Of a stretch of DNA of 64,000 nucleotides, positions 1 through 11,524 are shown one piece after another. The DNA comes from Vitrella brassicaformis CCMP3155 (lineage: Eukaryota > Protista > Chromerida). The first letter of the stretch is position 1; each line of letters starts with the position of its first letter. The notes under the pieces are model-generated. The model did not search any database. It was not told the DNA's origin and saw only the letters and a list, made by a program, of their open reading frames with translations. A program made the translations under genes and the position numbers. The stretch lies in contig CDMY01000256.1 in assembly GCA_001179505.1 (NCBI GenBank), positions 62,001-126,000 of the forward strand, read 5' to 3'.

Positions 1-2405
1 CCATGAATTCTGGAAAGGAGGCAAAGAAATCCGCCAACACATGGAATTGCGTTGACTGTAGTGACTCGAAATCGACGAAGATGGGCGAGCTGGACGCAGA
101 AAAGACCAAGGTGGACGAGGAATACAAGAAAGGTGCGGTCAAGCGAAAGTGACAATCACGAGTGAGGTGGATACTCTATTGCCGTGTGTGTTAATACTGC
201 AGACAAGGCCTACATGGATGAGCTGAAGGCGGCTGCCGAGTCAGCGGCGCAGGAGTGGGACACAAGATCCAAGACGCGGGCTGATGAGCTGGCTGCACTC
301 AAACAGGGCATCCAGATACTCAAGGGATCCACCTCCGTCATGAAGTCAGTCAGCCGACAAAAGATGGCGGCCATCCTGTCTTTTTCTGTACTCTGTCTTG
401 TGCAGCAAATCCTTGATGTCGAGGCATGTCTCCAGGTTCACCCTCCCCTCCTACCGCAGTGTGTCCTTCCCCTTGACGCGCCGCCGCTATGCACACGCCC
501 CCGCCACGTCCCTCCTGCAGGCCGCCTTCCCACATCACACGCACCGCTACCAGCCTACACACGAGCGCCCCGACCCACGTGCAGACGCTGCGCGAGACAG
601 GGTGGTCAACCTTCTCAGGTCAGTGGGCTGGCAGCATGTGTGGGCACTGATCGATGGACTTCCCTTGTGTATGTATGTATGTCTTGTCGTTCTGTCGCAG
701 GTCCAAGGGTGAGCATCTGCGCAGTCCCGTGCTGCGCATGTTGGCGTCGCAGATATCGGAGGATCCCTTTGACAAAGTGAGGCAGCTGATAGAGGACCTA
801 ATATCGAAGCTGCAGGCGGAGGAGCTGACCGAAATGGGACACAAAGAATGGTCAGAGTCAGGAAAGACAGGGGAAAAAAGATCGAGAGGCCATCGATCGA
901 CGGCATCCGTGTGGTGCCCTTCGTCTGCGCAGGTGCGACAAGGAGATGAAGGCCGCCACTGAGCAGCGAGACGCGCAGCAGGCCGACAAGGAACGACTAG
1001 AAGGTGGGCAGCGTCTCATCAAGAGCGATCCTCCGGCATCGCTGTCTGCTGTGCGTATCAAGGTGAGATCGAGACGCTTCAGTCGGACATTTCCAGCAGC
1101 AAGGACACCATCGCCACACTCACACAAGAGATCGCCGACCTCAACAAACAGCGCAACGAAGCCGTAAGGAATCACACCCCTCTCCCCGGACACACACCAG
1201 GCGGCGTACTTTCTTCTGTGTCGACACAGATGCAGCTGCGCGAGACGGAGCGCCAGCAGAATGAAGCCGCGAAGACCGGTCCCGTCAACACACAGCCATA
1301 AATATTCAAATGCACCAACACCAATATGCGCGCCGTCTGTGTACATCCACTGTCTGTGTATGTGTGTGCAGAGGCCGAGGAGAGTCGCGACGCCGTCGAC
1401 CAGGCGCTGACCATCATCCAGGATTTCTACAATGGAGCACAGACCCCCGCCAGCGAGCAGTCCTTCACGCAACTGCGCATCCGGCACGCCAAACTGAGAA
1501 GTGCTGCATACCGAGCGAGACACAGACAGGTGGGTGCCGTTAGTGGAAATGTGAGCATCGTATGCATCGATTGTACCTGCATGGCTGTGCGTGTTGCTCG
1601 CAGGCTCCCTTGCCCGAGGGCCCGTTCTCTGGTCCGTATCAGGGCAGACAGGGCAAAGTTGGCGGCATCATCGGTGCGCATGCACACATACATGGAGAGA
1701 TGGAGGAACCGATGTCATTCATGAGTGTCTCTTCTTTCAGGGTTGCTTGAGACGATCCGTGACGACTTCGCCCAGTCTGCGACGGACATAGCCCAGGCAG
1801 AGACAGACGCACTCGCCACATACAACCAACTCAAAGACACATTAGACGTATGAATGATTACAGCTGCACGTGCCTCTACTCTGCACATTCGCCGGCCGTT
1901 GCTGTCGTGTGTTGTCAGGGCGACATATCTTCCAAGGAGTCCGACAAGAGCAGCGAGGCGTCGCTGCTCGAGGGCAAAGAGGGAGACCTCGTCACGAAAC
2001 AAAACGAACACCGGACCGCCGTCGACCTGCTTCAACAGGTGAGCTGGTGGCCACACTGGCAGACAAAAGGGACGATTGATGGCCTCCATTGCCTTATTGC
2101 TGCTGTGGTTGTTCAGGCGATCGACAAGCTGGAGCACCTCCAGCCCGCATGTGTCAGCACAGGCACCACATACGCCGAGGCCAAGGTGACAAACGAGACA
2201 CGCGAGACATGTGCTGACGCGTGTTGCGTTGATGTGCGTGCGTCTGTGTGTGTGGTTGTGTGGTGATCTGCAGGCGAGCAGCAAGGCGGAGATAGATGCG
2301 TTGAAGGAGGCCCTGTCCATTCTGGAGAATACGTCATTCACCGCAATACAGACAGGCTCCAGCCGGACCACACTACTGCGCAGCAGGATGCCAGCCATTG
2401 CATGA
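1..2405 (+). CDS. Multi-exon long coiled-coil protein of unknown function (5' end outside window)
   Basis: Spliced exons give heptad-rich segments such as RADELAALKQGIQILKG, DPFDKVRQLIEDLISKLQAEELTEMGHKEWCDKEM, GGIIGLLETIRDDF and KAEIDALKEALSILEN; GT-AG introns; TGA at 2403-2405. Confidence 0.75.
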
Positions 2406-3497
2406 GACAGACAGACAGACAGACAGGGTCAGCCCGATGTATAAATGTGTGTGAGTGAGCATTTGTGTCCCTGGCTTGACGCCAGCAAGCGTGGATGGAT
2501 GGATGGTATCGCAGTTGCTCGCAGCTGAGGTGTTAGTGCGTTAGACAATTCGAGTGCATGTGGGCATGGTTTGCAATGCTGGAGAGCCACACGCATCCAT
2601 CGCGTTCATGGAAAATGTTTACAGTCCGTACGTCCCGAGAGCAAATCAGTCCGTCGCCGGGGCAAATGCAATTGGTCTTGGCCCCACACACATGTACACC
2701 AATCCGTCAATCCATCCATCCATCAGCAGGGGGTGAGTGACAGGAAAGCCCATAGTAGAAAAGACCGTCTGTCGCGCCACCCACCCCGGCCTTCCCGCTG
2801 GCTCCCCTCACCTCTCCATTTCTTCGCATTGTGCCTGGCTGGATCGCAGCCGCATTATGTATAGTCCCATCCCATCTCATCTCTCCATTCAGCCATGAGG
2901 GCAGCAGAAGACAATCACGCAAGGCAGGCAGGCAGGCAGCGAAAACCCTTCCTAGCAAGCAGTGGGGCAGCGCCCTCCGCACTTCCTGTGGGGTACACAG
3001 AGAGCGACATACATATATACATATGTATAGCTGCAGGCAATATAATTAGCAGTCAGTGGGGGGGCATTGCATGCAGGCAGCGCAACACAGACAGCCACGA
3101 AACATGCAACACACAACACCAGAGAAGAGACCTACAGAAAAAGCTGGGGGTGGGGGTGGGGTGGGTCAGGGGTTGGGAGTGACCTTCCTTGAATCCTTTT
3201 CTCCCTCCCTCCCTCCCTCCCTCCCCCCTGGCCCGTTCGTGTGAATTGGTCTTCTGGTTGTTGATGGGGTTGAAGAAACGATGAAATGAGCATCCAAAAA
3301 GAGCGACAAATACCACACGTCACTCAACCATCCTCTCGACTCGACCCGACCGATTCGATTCGACGCTCCCTCCCTTGCTACAAAATCACATCAGTCACTG
3401 TCCCCCATCCCATCTCTCCTGTCCTGTCCTAGCTGTACATGTGTCTTGACATATGTGATGCATCCATGCGTGGATGGGATGGGGGTGGGTGGGCAGA

Positions 3498-5959
3498 TCA
3501 CATGATGGCGCAGCACTTGGGTCTCCGCTCCTGCAGGTGCGTGGCCAGCGTCTGCCGGGTGCGGGGGTTGGACGCCACCTGAGGGAGGCGCACACAAAAC
3601 AAACACACGACACACAAAGAACAGGACAGAGAGAAAGGGATACATTGTAGAGAAGGCGCATCTCATTCGCCCTCCCTCCCTCCATAAACGCCTGTCTGTC
3701 TGGCCCAGTCCATCATCCATCAGTTAGTCCAACAGACTCAATGGGTTTCTTTCACCGCCTCCATCCATTCAAGAGTGAGGCGTCCACTAATACATGCGAA
3801 TAAGTCAGTCATCCTTGCTGGACCTGACCTCAGATATCTGACTGCTCTCCCTCTCCCCTCTCACTCACTCAGTGACTTATATACTTACCGCCATTGCCTT
3901 GTGCAGTGCCGCCAGGGGGTGCTGCGCCGCCTTGATCAGCTCCTCCACACAGTCGCCATGGCCCCAACGCGCTGCACACTGCAGAGGCAACTCGGACGGC
4001 TCGCCGGGCTGACACGAAGACACACACAGAGGCCACACAGAGAGATGTGAGGGTCCGCGGATGGATTGATGGATGTATGGATGGGCGGTCGGTGTCTGTC
4101 TGATTGTGGCGCTTACAGCTGTGGATGGCAGCAGGGGGTCTGCGCCGTGCTCCAGCAACACTCGACACATCTCAGTGTCGCCATTCTGAGAAGGCCAGCC
4201 ATCACACACAGACACACACAAGCACTGCTATCCACCGATCACTTCTGGCCCCCCTTTGTTTGTGTATCAGTCAGTGTCCTCCCTCACCTGTGCTGCCACG
4301 TACAGCTGCGTGTAGCCGTGGGGGCTGTAGGCATTGACGGTCGACTGGTGACTCGTTCCCTGTGGGCCCCATGCAACACACACAACACAACACATACACA
4401 CGCAGGAGCAATGCATTCATTATCCGCTGTGGGATGGATTGTCGTTTCTTCCCTTCTCGCGTGTGCGTACGTACGTCGAATATTGCCCGTTTTGGGTCCT
4501 TCTTGTACTCCTCCGTCCACTCACCCACCACGCCCTTAGTCGTCTGCAGGCAGATCGGCAGGCAGGCAGGGATAGAGGGAGAGAGGGGGGCAGATAGAAA
4601 GGAAAAACCGATATGCACCTCATGTATCTCATCCATCGCACACACACCACACACCCGGCTTGGCTTTCATTTGTATGCCTACCGCTTTAAAAAGACGTTC
4701 GCGCTGCCTGTGATCCTTCAGCGCCTCCTCAAATGGCGTCTGAACACACACAGATAGATACACACACACACACACACGTGGAGGTGTGTGCAAATCTGAA
4801 AAATCTGGTTGTGTGTGTACCGACCGCATCTCCGCCCACCTCTTCTCTCTTTTGCTCACCTGCGTTGGCTGTTTGTAGTTGTCGATGGTGAGGTAGGTCG
4901 CCTGCCGGGAAAAGCCGCACTTCTCCGTCTGCTTGTCAATGTCACCCTAACCACACACACACACACGTACGTCAGATCACAGGCACACACACGCATAACG
5001 GCTGGCACCCACCAGGTCCTCGACGATTTGCGTCTCTGGCCTCATGAGCCTGCCGACGACCAGCAGTGCCACTCGCAGCTGCCGCCACCGCCGGTTGGCC
5101 GACGTCGTGGCCTCAGACATGCACCGAAACAGACGCGGAGTCTGTCCGCTCCCACTGGGGATCAGAGGACTCTTGTCCGGGTCAACCTGACAGACAAATG
5201 GACGACACACGACATGAGGACAACACCATGCCACCAGGCCGAACGGACAATTGTCATCGGTGTGTCAGCCAGCAGCTTAGCTTACATCCGATCTGTCAGC
5301 GGGCACTGCGTACTTGATGCCCGTCCCGTCAGCGGCCCGTTCATCCCGCGCCACAATCCCGTAGTCGACGCTCTTTCTCCCCTTCCCATGACCATTATGA
5401 TTATGATTATGGTAGTGGCCGTTGGCGCACACGTCCTCTTGGTCCCTGCCAGAGCCGGCACTCAACAGGTACCGCAGCGAAGGCGGAATGAGGTGGTGGT
5501 GGCTTGGGTTGGTGGCTGGGGCGGTGGGGTGGCAGGGGAGGGCGGGGTCGGTGGGGGAGGGGGGGAGAATGGGGAGGAAGAAGGGGTAGCTGTAGGAACG
5601 CACCAGACGGTTCAAGTCAGCAGCCGTCTGGGTGCCACTGCTCCCGTGCCTCATCTCCGCCAGCTGAAGCAAAGGGCGATGACACACACACACACACACA
5701 CACAATGTCATGAGAACGTCAGAGAGTCAGTCAGTCCCTGTGAGGTGTTTGTTGTTTCGTCACCGACCATTTGTGGCGTGAGGGGTCCCACTGGCATTGG
5801 CGATTTGGCAGCGTGGTTCCTCGGTGTCCGTCGGTCGGGCACGACGCAGGGAGAGCACGGGACGCTCTTGCTGTCCTCGATGGGCGCTCTGACAATCTTC
5901 AGCGGAGGTGGCGGCACTAAATTCGTCATGACCTCGACCTGGTCCACACAGCTTGGCAT
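3498..5959 (-). CDS. Ankyrin-repeat protein with C-terminal CaaX motif (CCAIM)
   Basis: Spliced ankyrin motifs VNAYSPHGYTQLYVAAQNGDTEMCRVLLEHGADP and LPLQCAARWGHGDCVEELI; last exon 3578-3498 encodes VASNPRTRQTLATHLQERRPKCCAIM*; probable ATG at 5959. Confidence 0.8.
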
Positions 5960-5997
5960 TTCAAGCCGTTCTACCGTGAACCCGCGAAAACTCCTTC

Positions 5998-6021
5998 TGC
6001 GAGCTCAAGTTTTTGCGAGCT
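5998..6021 (-). promoter_or_regulatory. Two AGCTCGCA motifs in the ankyrin/PHRF1-like bidirectional spacer
   Basis: TGCGAGCT at 5998-6005 and 6014-6021. Confidence 0.55.
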
Positions 6022-6091
6022 TGGAGTCATAATTTGCCTTGCAAAAAAAGGGGAGGTAGGCTACACACTCCTCGCAGAGCATAGCAGTAGG

Positions 6092-8409
6092 ATGGGGAGG
6101 AAGCCGTCGCGAAAACAGGCGGAGTCGACGCTGCTGCCGCCATGGGTGCCAAAGGAGAAGCTGAAACTGGATGAGAGCTGCGGTGCGTGTCTTCTAGAGA
6201 AGCAGGGTGGAGATGGCGACGATACAGTCGGGCTGACGGACGTCTGCGGGTGAGCAGAGCAGCTGTACAGTACGTGTGTGTAGTCTTTCCGCTGATGTGA
6301 CTGACGATGAAGTCATATGTCACGTTTTGCTGCTGTCCTGTGACGACCGACAGGCACACCTTCCATGGGTCGTGCATACTGCAGTGGGCGGAGAGAGAAA
6401 ACAGCTGCCCGCAATGGTGTGTAAGCCGACCGATCGACCAACAGGAATGATTGGCAAGACAACCGCCTTGGCGTGTTCGTGTGTGTCGTGTCTGTGCAGC
6501 AAGGGGCGGTTTCATTATATCGGGACCTACGACAGGAACGGCGTCCGTCAGCAGTTCATCTTGACGCAGAAGCGGGACCAAAAGAGCGATGACCGCGGGC
6601 TCGTCCTCGACGACACCAGCAGCGAGACCACCTGCAGGGCTTGCGGCCACGTGGGGGATGAGGCGTCTTTGCTGCTCTGTGACGGCGATGGCGGTAAGGC
6701 AGGCAGCCACACGACAGACGTCACGTCATGTCATGGAGGTGCCCTCCCTTATCAAGCTGGTCTGCGCTGCTTTTCCTTTACCTTCAGGGCTCTGCAATGC
6801 CGCGTACCACTTCTACTGTGTGGGACTGGACGCCATCCCGACCGAGCCGTGGTTCTGCCCCACGTGCACGCAGATGGGAGCCGATGCGCCTCCCGCATCC
6901 TTCCGACGGCGGAGGGGGTCCGCCCGGAGAACGCCATCCGCCGATCGCATCGCACGGGCGTCCCAGGAGCTGGCGAACCTCGTGATAGCGGGCCTCAACG
7001 GCTTCACTCGTCGATCGACCAGAGGACGAGGTGGCGCCCGTGGCCGTCAAAGTCGTGCTGCCGATGCTGCCGATGCTGCCCCCTCTCCCTCCCCCGCGCC
7101 TCGCACTAGTCCATCTCCGGCACCGAGGCGTCGGGCCGACCCATTCGACGCCATCCCTGCCGTTGAGAGGCAGGATGCTACCGATGAACCAGAGGCGGAG
7201 CCTGCGGCACCGCGGAGGCGTGTCGGAGAATCCAGGCGCTCCCGAGCGGGTGGTGATGGGGGCAGGAGAAAGCGGCAGAGGGACCCCGGAGAGGCGGCGG
7301 TATCACCTGATTCGGCGCCGGCCTCGTCAGCTGCCGGACCGAGTCCGAGTCCGGCTTTGCCGGCTATTCCGCCCCCACAGGCAGCTCCTCAGCATGGCAG
7401 CCAGGCGGCTGCGGCCGCCGGGCCGTCACCGGCAGCAGAGCAGCAGGGCAAGCGCTTCAAAGGCCTCAAGCCGAAGGAGGTCCTGTTAAAGTACCAAGAA
7501 ATGGCCGAAGAGGAGGAGGACGCCAGGGCCCAGCAAGATGCCGAGGCGACTGCACCGCATAGCAGCACCATGTCTGCACAGGAGAGGATCCGCATGCGCC
7601 AGCGGCTGCGGCGGCAGCGGCAGGCCCAGCGTGAGAGGGTCAACCAGTACAGAGGCCTAGCGGTGATGAGTGTGCTGACGGGCGAGGACATGGGCAGCAA
7701 GGGGGCTTTCAAGGAGCCGACGGCCAACAAGAAGGCATCCAAGGTGCCCGCCGAGAGCAGCTCCGCTGGCGGCAATAAGGCCCCGCGCCCCCCAGCAGCA
7801 GCATCTTCCAGCAAAGACCCAGAGGTGCGTGCTGCTGCTGCTGCGAGTGCAGAGCACGCTGATGCGGCTGTCACCTGTCAACTAGAACCAGTCGAGGCAG
7901 GCGGCCATCAAGATTCCAAGAAGATGGACATCGACAAGCATCCACTGGAGAGCCAGCCCCCCCTCCCGCCGCCACCAGGCGACGCCTCTGCCCACAGTCA
8001 CGACACAGCCCACGAGGCGGCCGCACCGGCGCAAGCACATCCAGACCGGGCCATCTCGAGCAGCTCATCTGGACACCGCCCGTCGTCGATCAAGCCCACC
8101 CCCTCCCTTGTGCGGGCAGTCAAGGCGTCCCTCAAGACGTTCAAAGAGGACTTCCGGCATTGTGCAGAGGAGAGCGGCATCGCGTACGAGCTGCTGTTCA
8201 AGCACTGGTGTCGCCGCGTTAGCTATAAGGCCGTCGAGGGCCGGCTGGATGTGTTGAGGGGCATGGGGCATGAGCAGTGGGACGCATTGTGGGCCGAGGA
8301 GACGGGCTCGGATGCGTTCCAGCAGTTTGTGAGCGAGTACTTGACGGCGAAGAGCCGTGAGGGGGTGCTAGTGAAAGACTACCTGAGGGCTGGGGGGGGG
8401 CAGGGGTGA
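6092..8409 (+). CDS. RING-H2 + PHD finger protein (PHRF1-like architecture)
   Basis: Exons 1-2 give CGAC-x-CGHTFHGSC-x-CPQC (RING-H2); then CRACGHVGDEASLLLCDGDGGLCNAAYHFYCVGLDAIPTEPWFCPTC (PHD); long disordered last exon to 8409. Confidence 0.85.
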
Positions 8410-8865
8410 CTTGAGATCCATGGTGTTGTACAGGTGGTTGGCTGGGTGACAGTGTGCTATATTTGTCCGTGGCTGGCTGTTTGTCAAGAGCTGGCTTGTT
8501 GCGAAAGACGGACGCAGTTTGGGGCAACTTTGGGGTGGTAGCTGTGAGGAGTTAGTTGACGTGCGTCCCCTCCATGCAGATCGATGTGTGGCCACATGAA
8601 TTGAATTGCGTGTGGAGATGAACGGTCCAGAAAGAGCATGTGATGTGTCGGCAGCTTCGCATTAATTGTGGTAAGGACTGTCGGACACCATCTACTAGTA
8701 TGGAGATTCACACTAACAGCACAGGTGTGTGATTCCTTACAGACAGTCCAGCATCAGACAGTCCAGCATCAGGTCCTGTCCAGTCGTAAACTCTGGTGGG
8801 GGTTCTGACTTTGCATGCGCGCGCGTCTCCCTCATTTTCCTCCCTCAACGTTCCTCGCAGCTGAG

Positions 8866-10559
8866 ATGCGATTGATGTTGTTTCTTCGCACGTTGCTCCT
8901 CGGCCTCTCCTTCCTCAGCCTTGCCTCTGCTGTGCACACGGGCAGGTAAGAAAAAGGTGAGACGCCCATCCATCATGGCGGCAGTTTCTCCGCTCAGGTT
9001 TCTCCGGTCCCCGCTGCGTACATCCCATGGAGCAGCCCTCGAGAGCGCCGATGATCCCTTGAAGTTCGTTTCCGGCCCCTTCTGCTGCTACTGCAAGCGC
9101 GGCGAAATCATCCTTGGTCAGCCTGCAGAGTATCGCTGATTCGTCCATATTATCCTGACACCTTTCCTGGGTGGGTACAGACTTCATGCAGCCAATGGAT
9201 GCGCCGGACGAAGCGGCTGCCAGAGATTCCTGCCAGAACGAGTGCCTCGACAGAGACCCCGAGGTCACGCACTTCAAGGTCAGAAACGCCGCGTAGCTAG
9301 AAGAAAGACGAGCAACATCCAACTTGTCCGTCACATTATACATTGCAGATAGAGCCTGGGAAGTGCCGCAGCCAGGAGGAGGTTGACGAGGCCAACGAGC
9401 GCATTCTGGCGGCGATGAAGAAGGAAGAGGAGGAGAAGAAGAAGGAGGCCGAACCTGGGTCGCCTGAGACACCCCCACTCGCTGCTTCCAAGGTGGGCGA
9501 GGAAGAGCCCGAGCCCCCGGAGGGACCTGGCGAGATCGCGGCCAAGGTAGGCGGAGAAGAGCCTCCGGAGGGACCTGACGAGATATCCGCGGCCAAGGTG
9601 GGCGGCGAAGAGCCCGAGCCCCCGGAGGGACCTGGCGAGATCGCGGCCAAGGTGGGCGGAGAAGAGCCTCCGGAGGAACCTGGCGAGATATCCGCGGCCA
9701 AGGTGGGCGGCGAAGAGCCCGAGCCGCCGGAGGGACCTGGCGAGATCGCGGCCAAGGTGGGCGGAGAAGAGCCGCCGGCTGAGACACAATACTGCTGCTA
9801 TTGTGCCCCGCCTGGGATGACGACTACGAATCACGCGGACATGCCTTCCTCGGGCGATGAGGAGGTCGACACCAACTCGTGCATGGACTTCTGCAAGGCA
9901 GATACAGCCAAGCACATCCGAGTGGTGCCCGACCTCAGCTGCAAGCAGGTCGACCTCTCGCAGAAGACCATCACAGGCGAGCAACAGAGAGGGCCTCCCT
10001 CCTTCCTCTCATCCACACACACACAAGGATGACAGACGGATTGATGGCACACACACGGTCACAGTATGTGTCTCTCTCTGGCGGCAGAGATGAAGGGCAG
10101 CCCGAAGTTCCGTGCCAAGGCGGAGGCGCTGGAGGAACCTGAGCCCAAACCCAATAAGCCCGCCGAGGAGCCCACCGAGGAGCCGGTCGGCGCCCCGGCT
10201 GGTGCTGCTGCTGGCGGTGCTGCTGGTGCGGAGGAGGAGCCTGCGGCCGGTGGGAAGGACTACTGCTGCTTCTGCCGTGAGGGCCCCAAGGCAGGCCACT
10301 TCGAGCGGCTCACCTCCCGCAGCCGATACGACGCCATGCACAAGTGCATCAACGGTACATTCGTTATGGCAAATCAGACACTAATGCCTCACGTGCCGGT
10401 CTGCCTTACGCGTGTGTGTGTGTGTGTGTGTGTGCAGACATTTGCGATGCGAAGGGTTTGGACGATGTGGTCTTCCTGGGCGGGCAGCAGTGCGACGCCA
10501 TGACACAGGGCAAAACGTTCATGCGGGAGCTCGAGAAGAGGAAAGGACAGGCCCAGTGA
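8866..10559 (+). CDS. Secreted protein with three Cys-rich modules and Glu/Pro/Gly-rich tandem repeats
   Basis: Signal-peptide-like MRLMLFLRTLLLGLSFLSLASA; modules begin FCCYC, YCCYC and YCCFC; acidic repeat linker. Confidence 0.75.
9481..9778 (+). repeat. Coding minisatellite: alternating 54- and 51-bp units (AAKVGGEEPEPPEGPGEI / AAKVGGEEPPEGPDEIS)
   Basis: Near-identical repeats of gccaaggtgggcgg.gaagagcc...ccggaggga.ctggcgagat; about 5.5 units forming a 105-bp higher-order dimer. Confidence 0.95.
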
Positions 10560-10764
10560 CTGACTGACTGACATCATCCAGAGGGAGCGTGTGACTGTGA
10601 GATACATCAATGAGATGGTTGCTCTTCCAATCGGTGCAATCAAAGACTGAACAGACGCTCTGATTTGAAGAGCGGTGGACGCTTGAACCAGTGTACGTCC
10701 AGCCACCGCCACGCGCACACTCTACTATACACTTGTCTGTCACTCAGGACAGTTACTAAAGCAA

Positions 10765-11354
10765 TCAATCAGTCTCTCGAGTAGCTATCAACAATGCCCT
10801 TTGCCCCTTCCCCCTGTCGTCCCGTCCCGCAAGGTCACCCTCAGCCTGCGCTTCACCTTCTGTCTGCCTGCCCTTGCCGCAGCCATACCTCTTGACACGG
10901 CCGCACTGCACACACTCGACAGCCACCAACGCACCCTCACACTCATCCCCACTGCCGTCCTCGTCAGCCGGCGATTCGCCCTCCGCTGCTCCGCGCCCTG
11001 TCCTCTTCCGCCTCTTGGTTGTCTGCTCGATGGTCACGTGTGCAGTCTGTCCCGGAACGAGCAGCGAGCAGCATGTCTTGCAGAATGAGTGCTTGACGGC
11101 CGGCTCGAGGCGAATCACATGCTTCAGAGCCACCTCCTTCATCGTGGCCAAGTAATAGCGACCCTGACACAAACACCCACAGAGTGAGTGCGTCGATATG
11201 GGATGAGTTCACCCACCAGAGCAGGCGACTTGGTGCCGATTTGATGTGCGGCTTGGTAGAGGTAGTTGAGGCGCTGCAGGGCGGGCGACACCGCGCTGGT
11301 GGGAAGATCTGTCCGCGGCGGCCTCTCAGCCTTGATCGGCTTCTTCTTACCCAT
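10765..11354 (-). CDS. RPP21: RNase P subunit Rpr2/Rpp21
   Basis: QRLNYLYQAA...YYLATMKEVALKHVIRLEPAVKHSFCKTCCSLLVPG...VECVQCGRVKRY, the Rpr2 zinc-ribbon signature; one intron near 11165-11213. Confidence 0.9.
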
Positions 11355-11391
11355 TGAGTAACCTTGCAGGGTTTAGGGTCAAGGGTTTACC

Positions 11392-11399
11392 TGCGAGCT
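11392..11399 (-). promoter_or_regulatory. AGCTCGCA motif in the RPP21/GT92 spacer
   Basis: TGCGAGCT exact match. Confidence 0.5.
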
Positions 11400-11524
11400 T
11401 AGACTCCAGAGGACTCTGCGCTGTCCCTTCTCCTCGGGCTCGGCGCTGATGTGGATGAGTTGCTTTATCTGATCCTTGGGTGATGCTTTGTGTTTGTTGA
11501 TCTGTGGCCCAGTGTGCGGGTTAG

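Noticed and set aside
2406-3490. ORFs and possible ncRNA in the convergent intergenic region
   Set aside because: Simple-repeat-rich UTR-like DNA with no recognisable RNA gene structure
4809-6032. 407-aa plus-strand ORF and similar long ORFs (e.g. 39067-40662 minus, 12179-13192 minus, 62185-63063 plus)
   Set aside because: Antisense shadows of GC-rich genes that run through microsatellite introns (HTHT/CVCV translations)
8740-8772. 15-bp tandem repeat cagacagtccagcat upstream of the secreted protein
   Set aside because: Two copies only; no recurrence noticed elsewhere
9481-9778. Regularly spaced repeats as a CRISPR array
   Set aside because: No unique spacers; in-frame coding minisatellite in a eukaryotic gene; no cas genes
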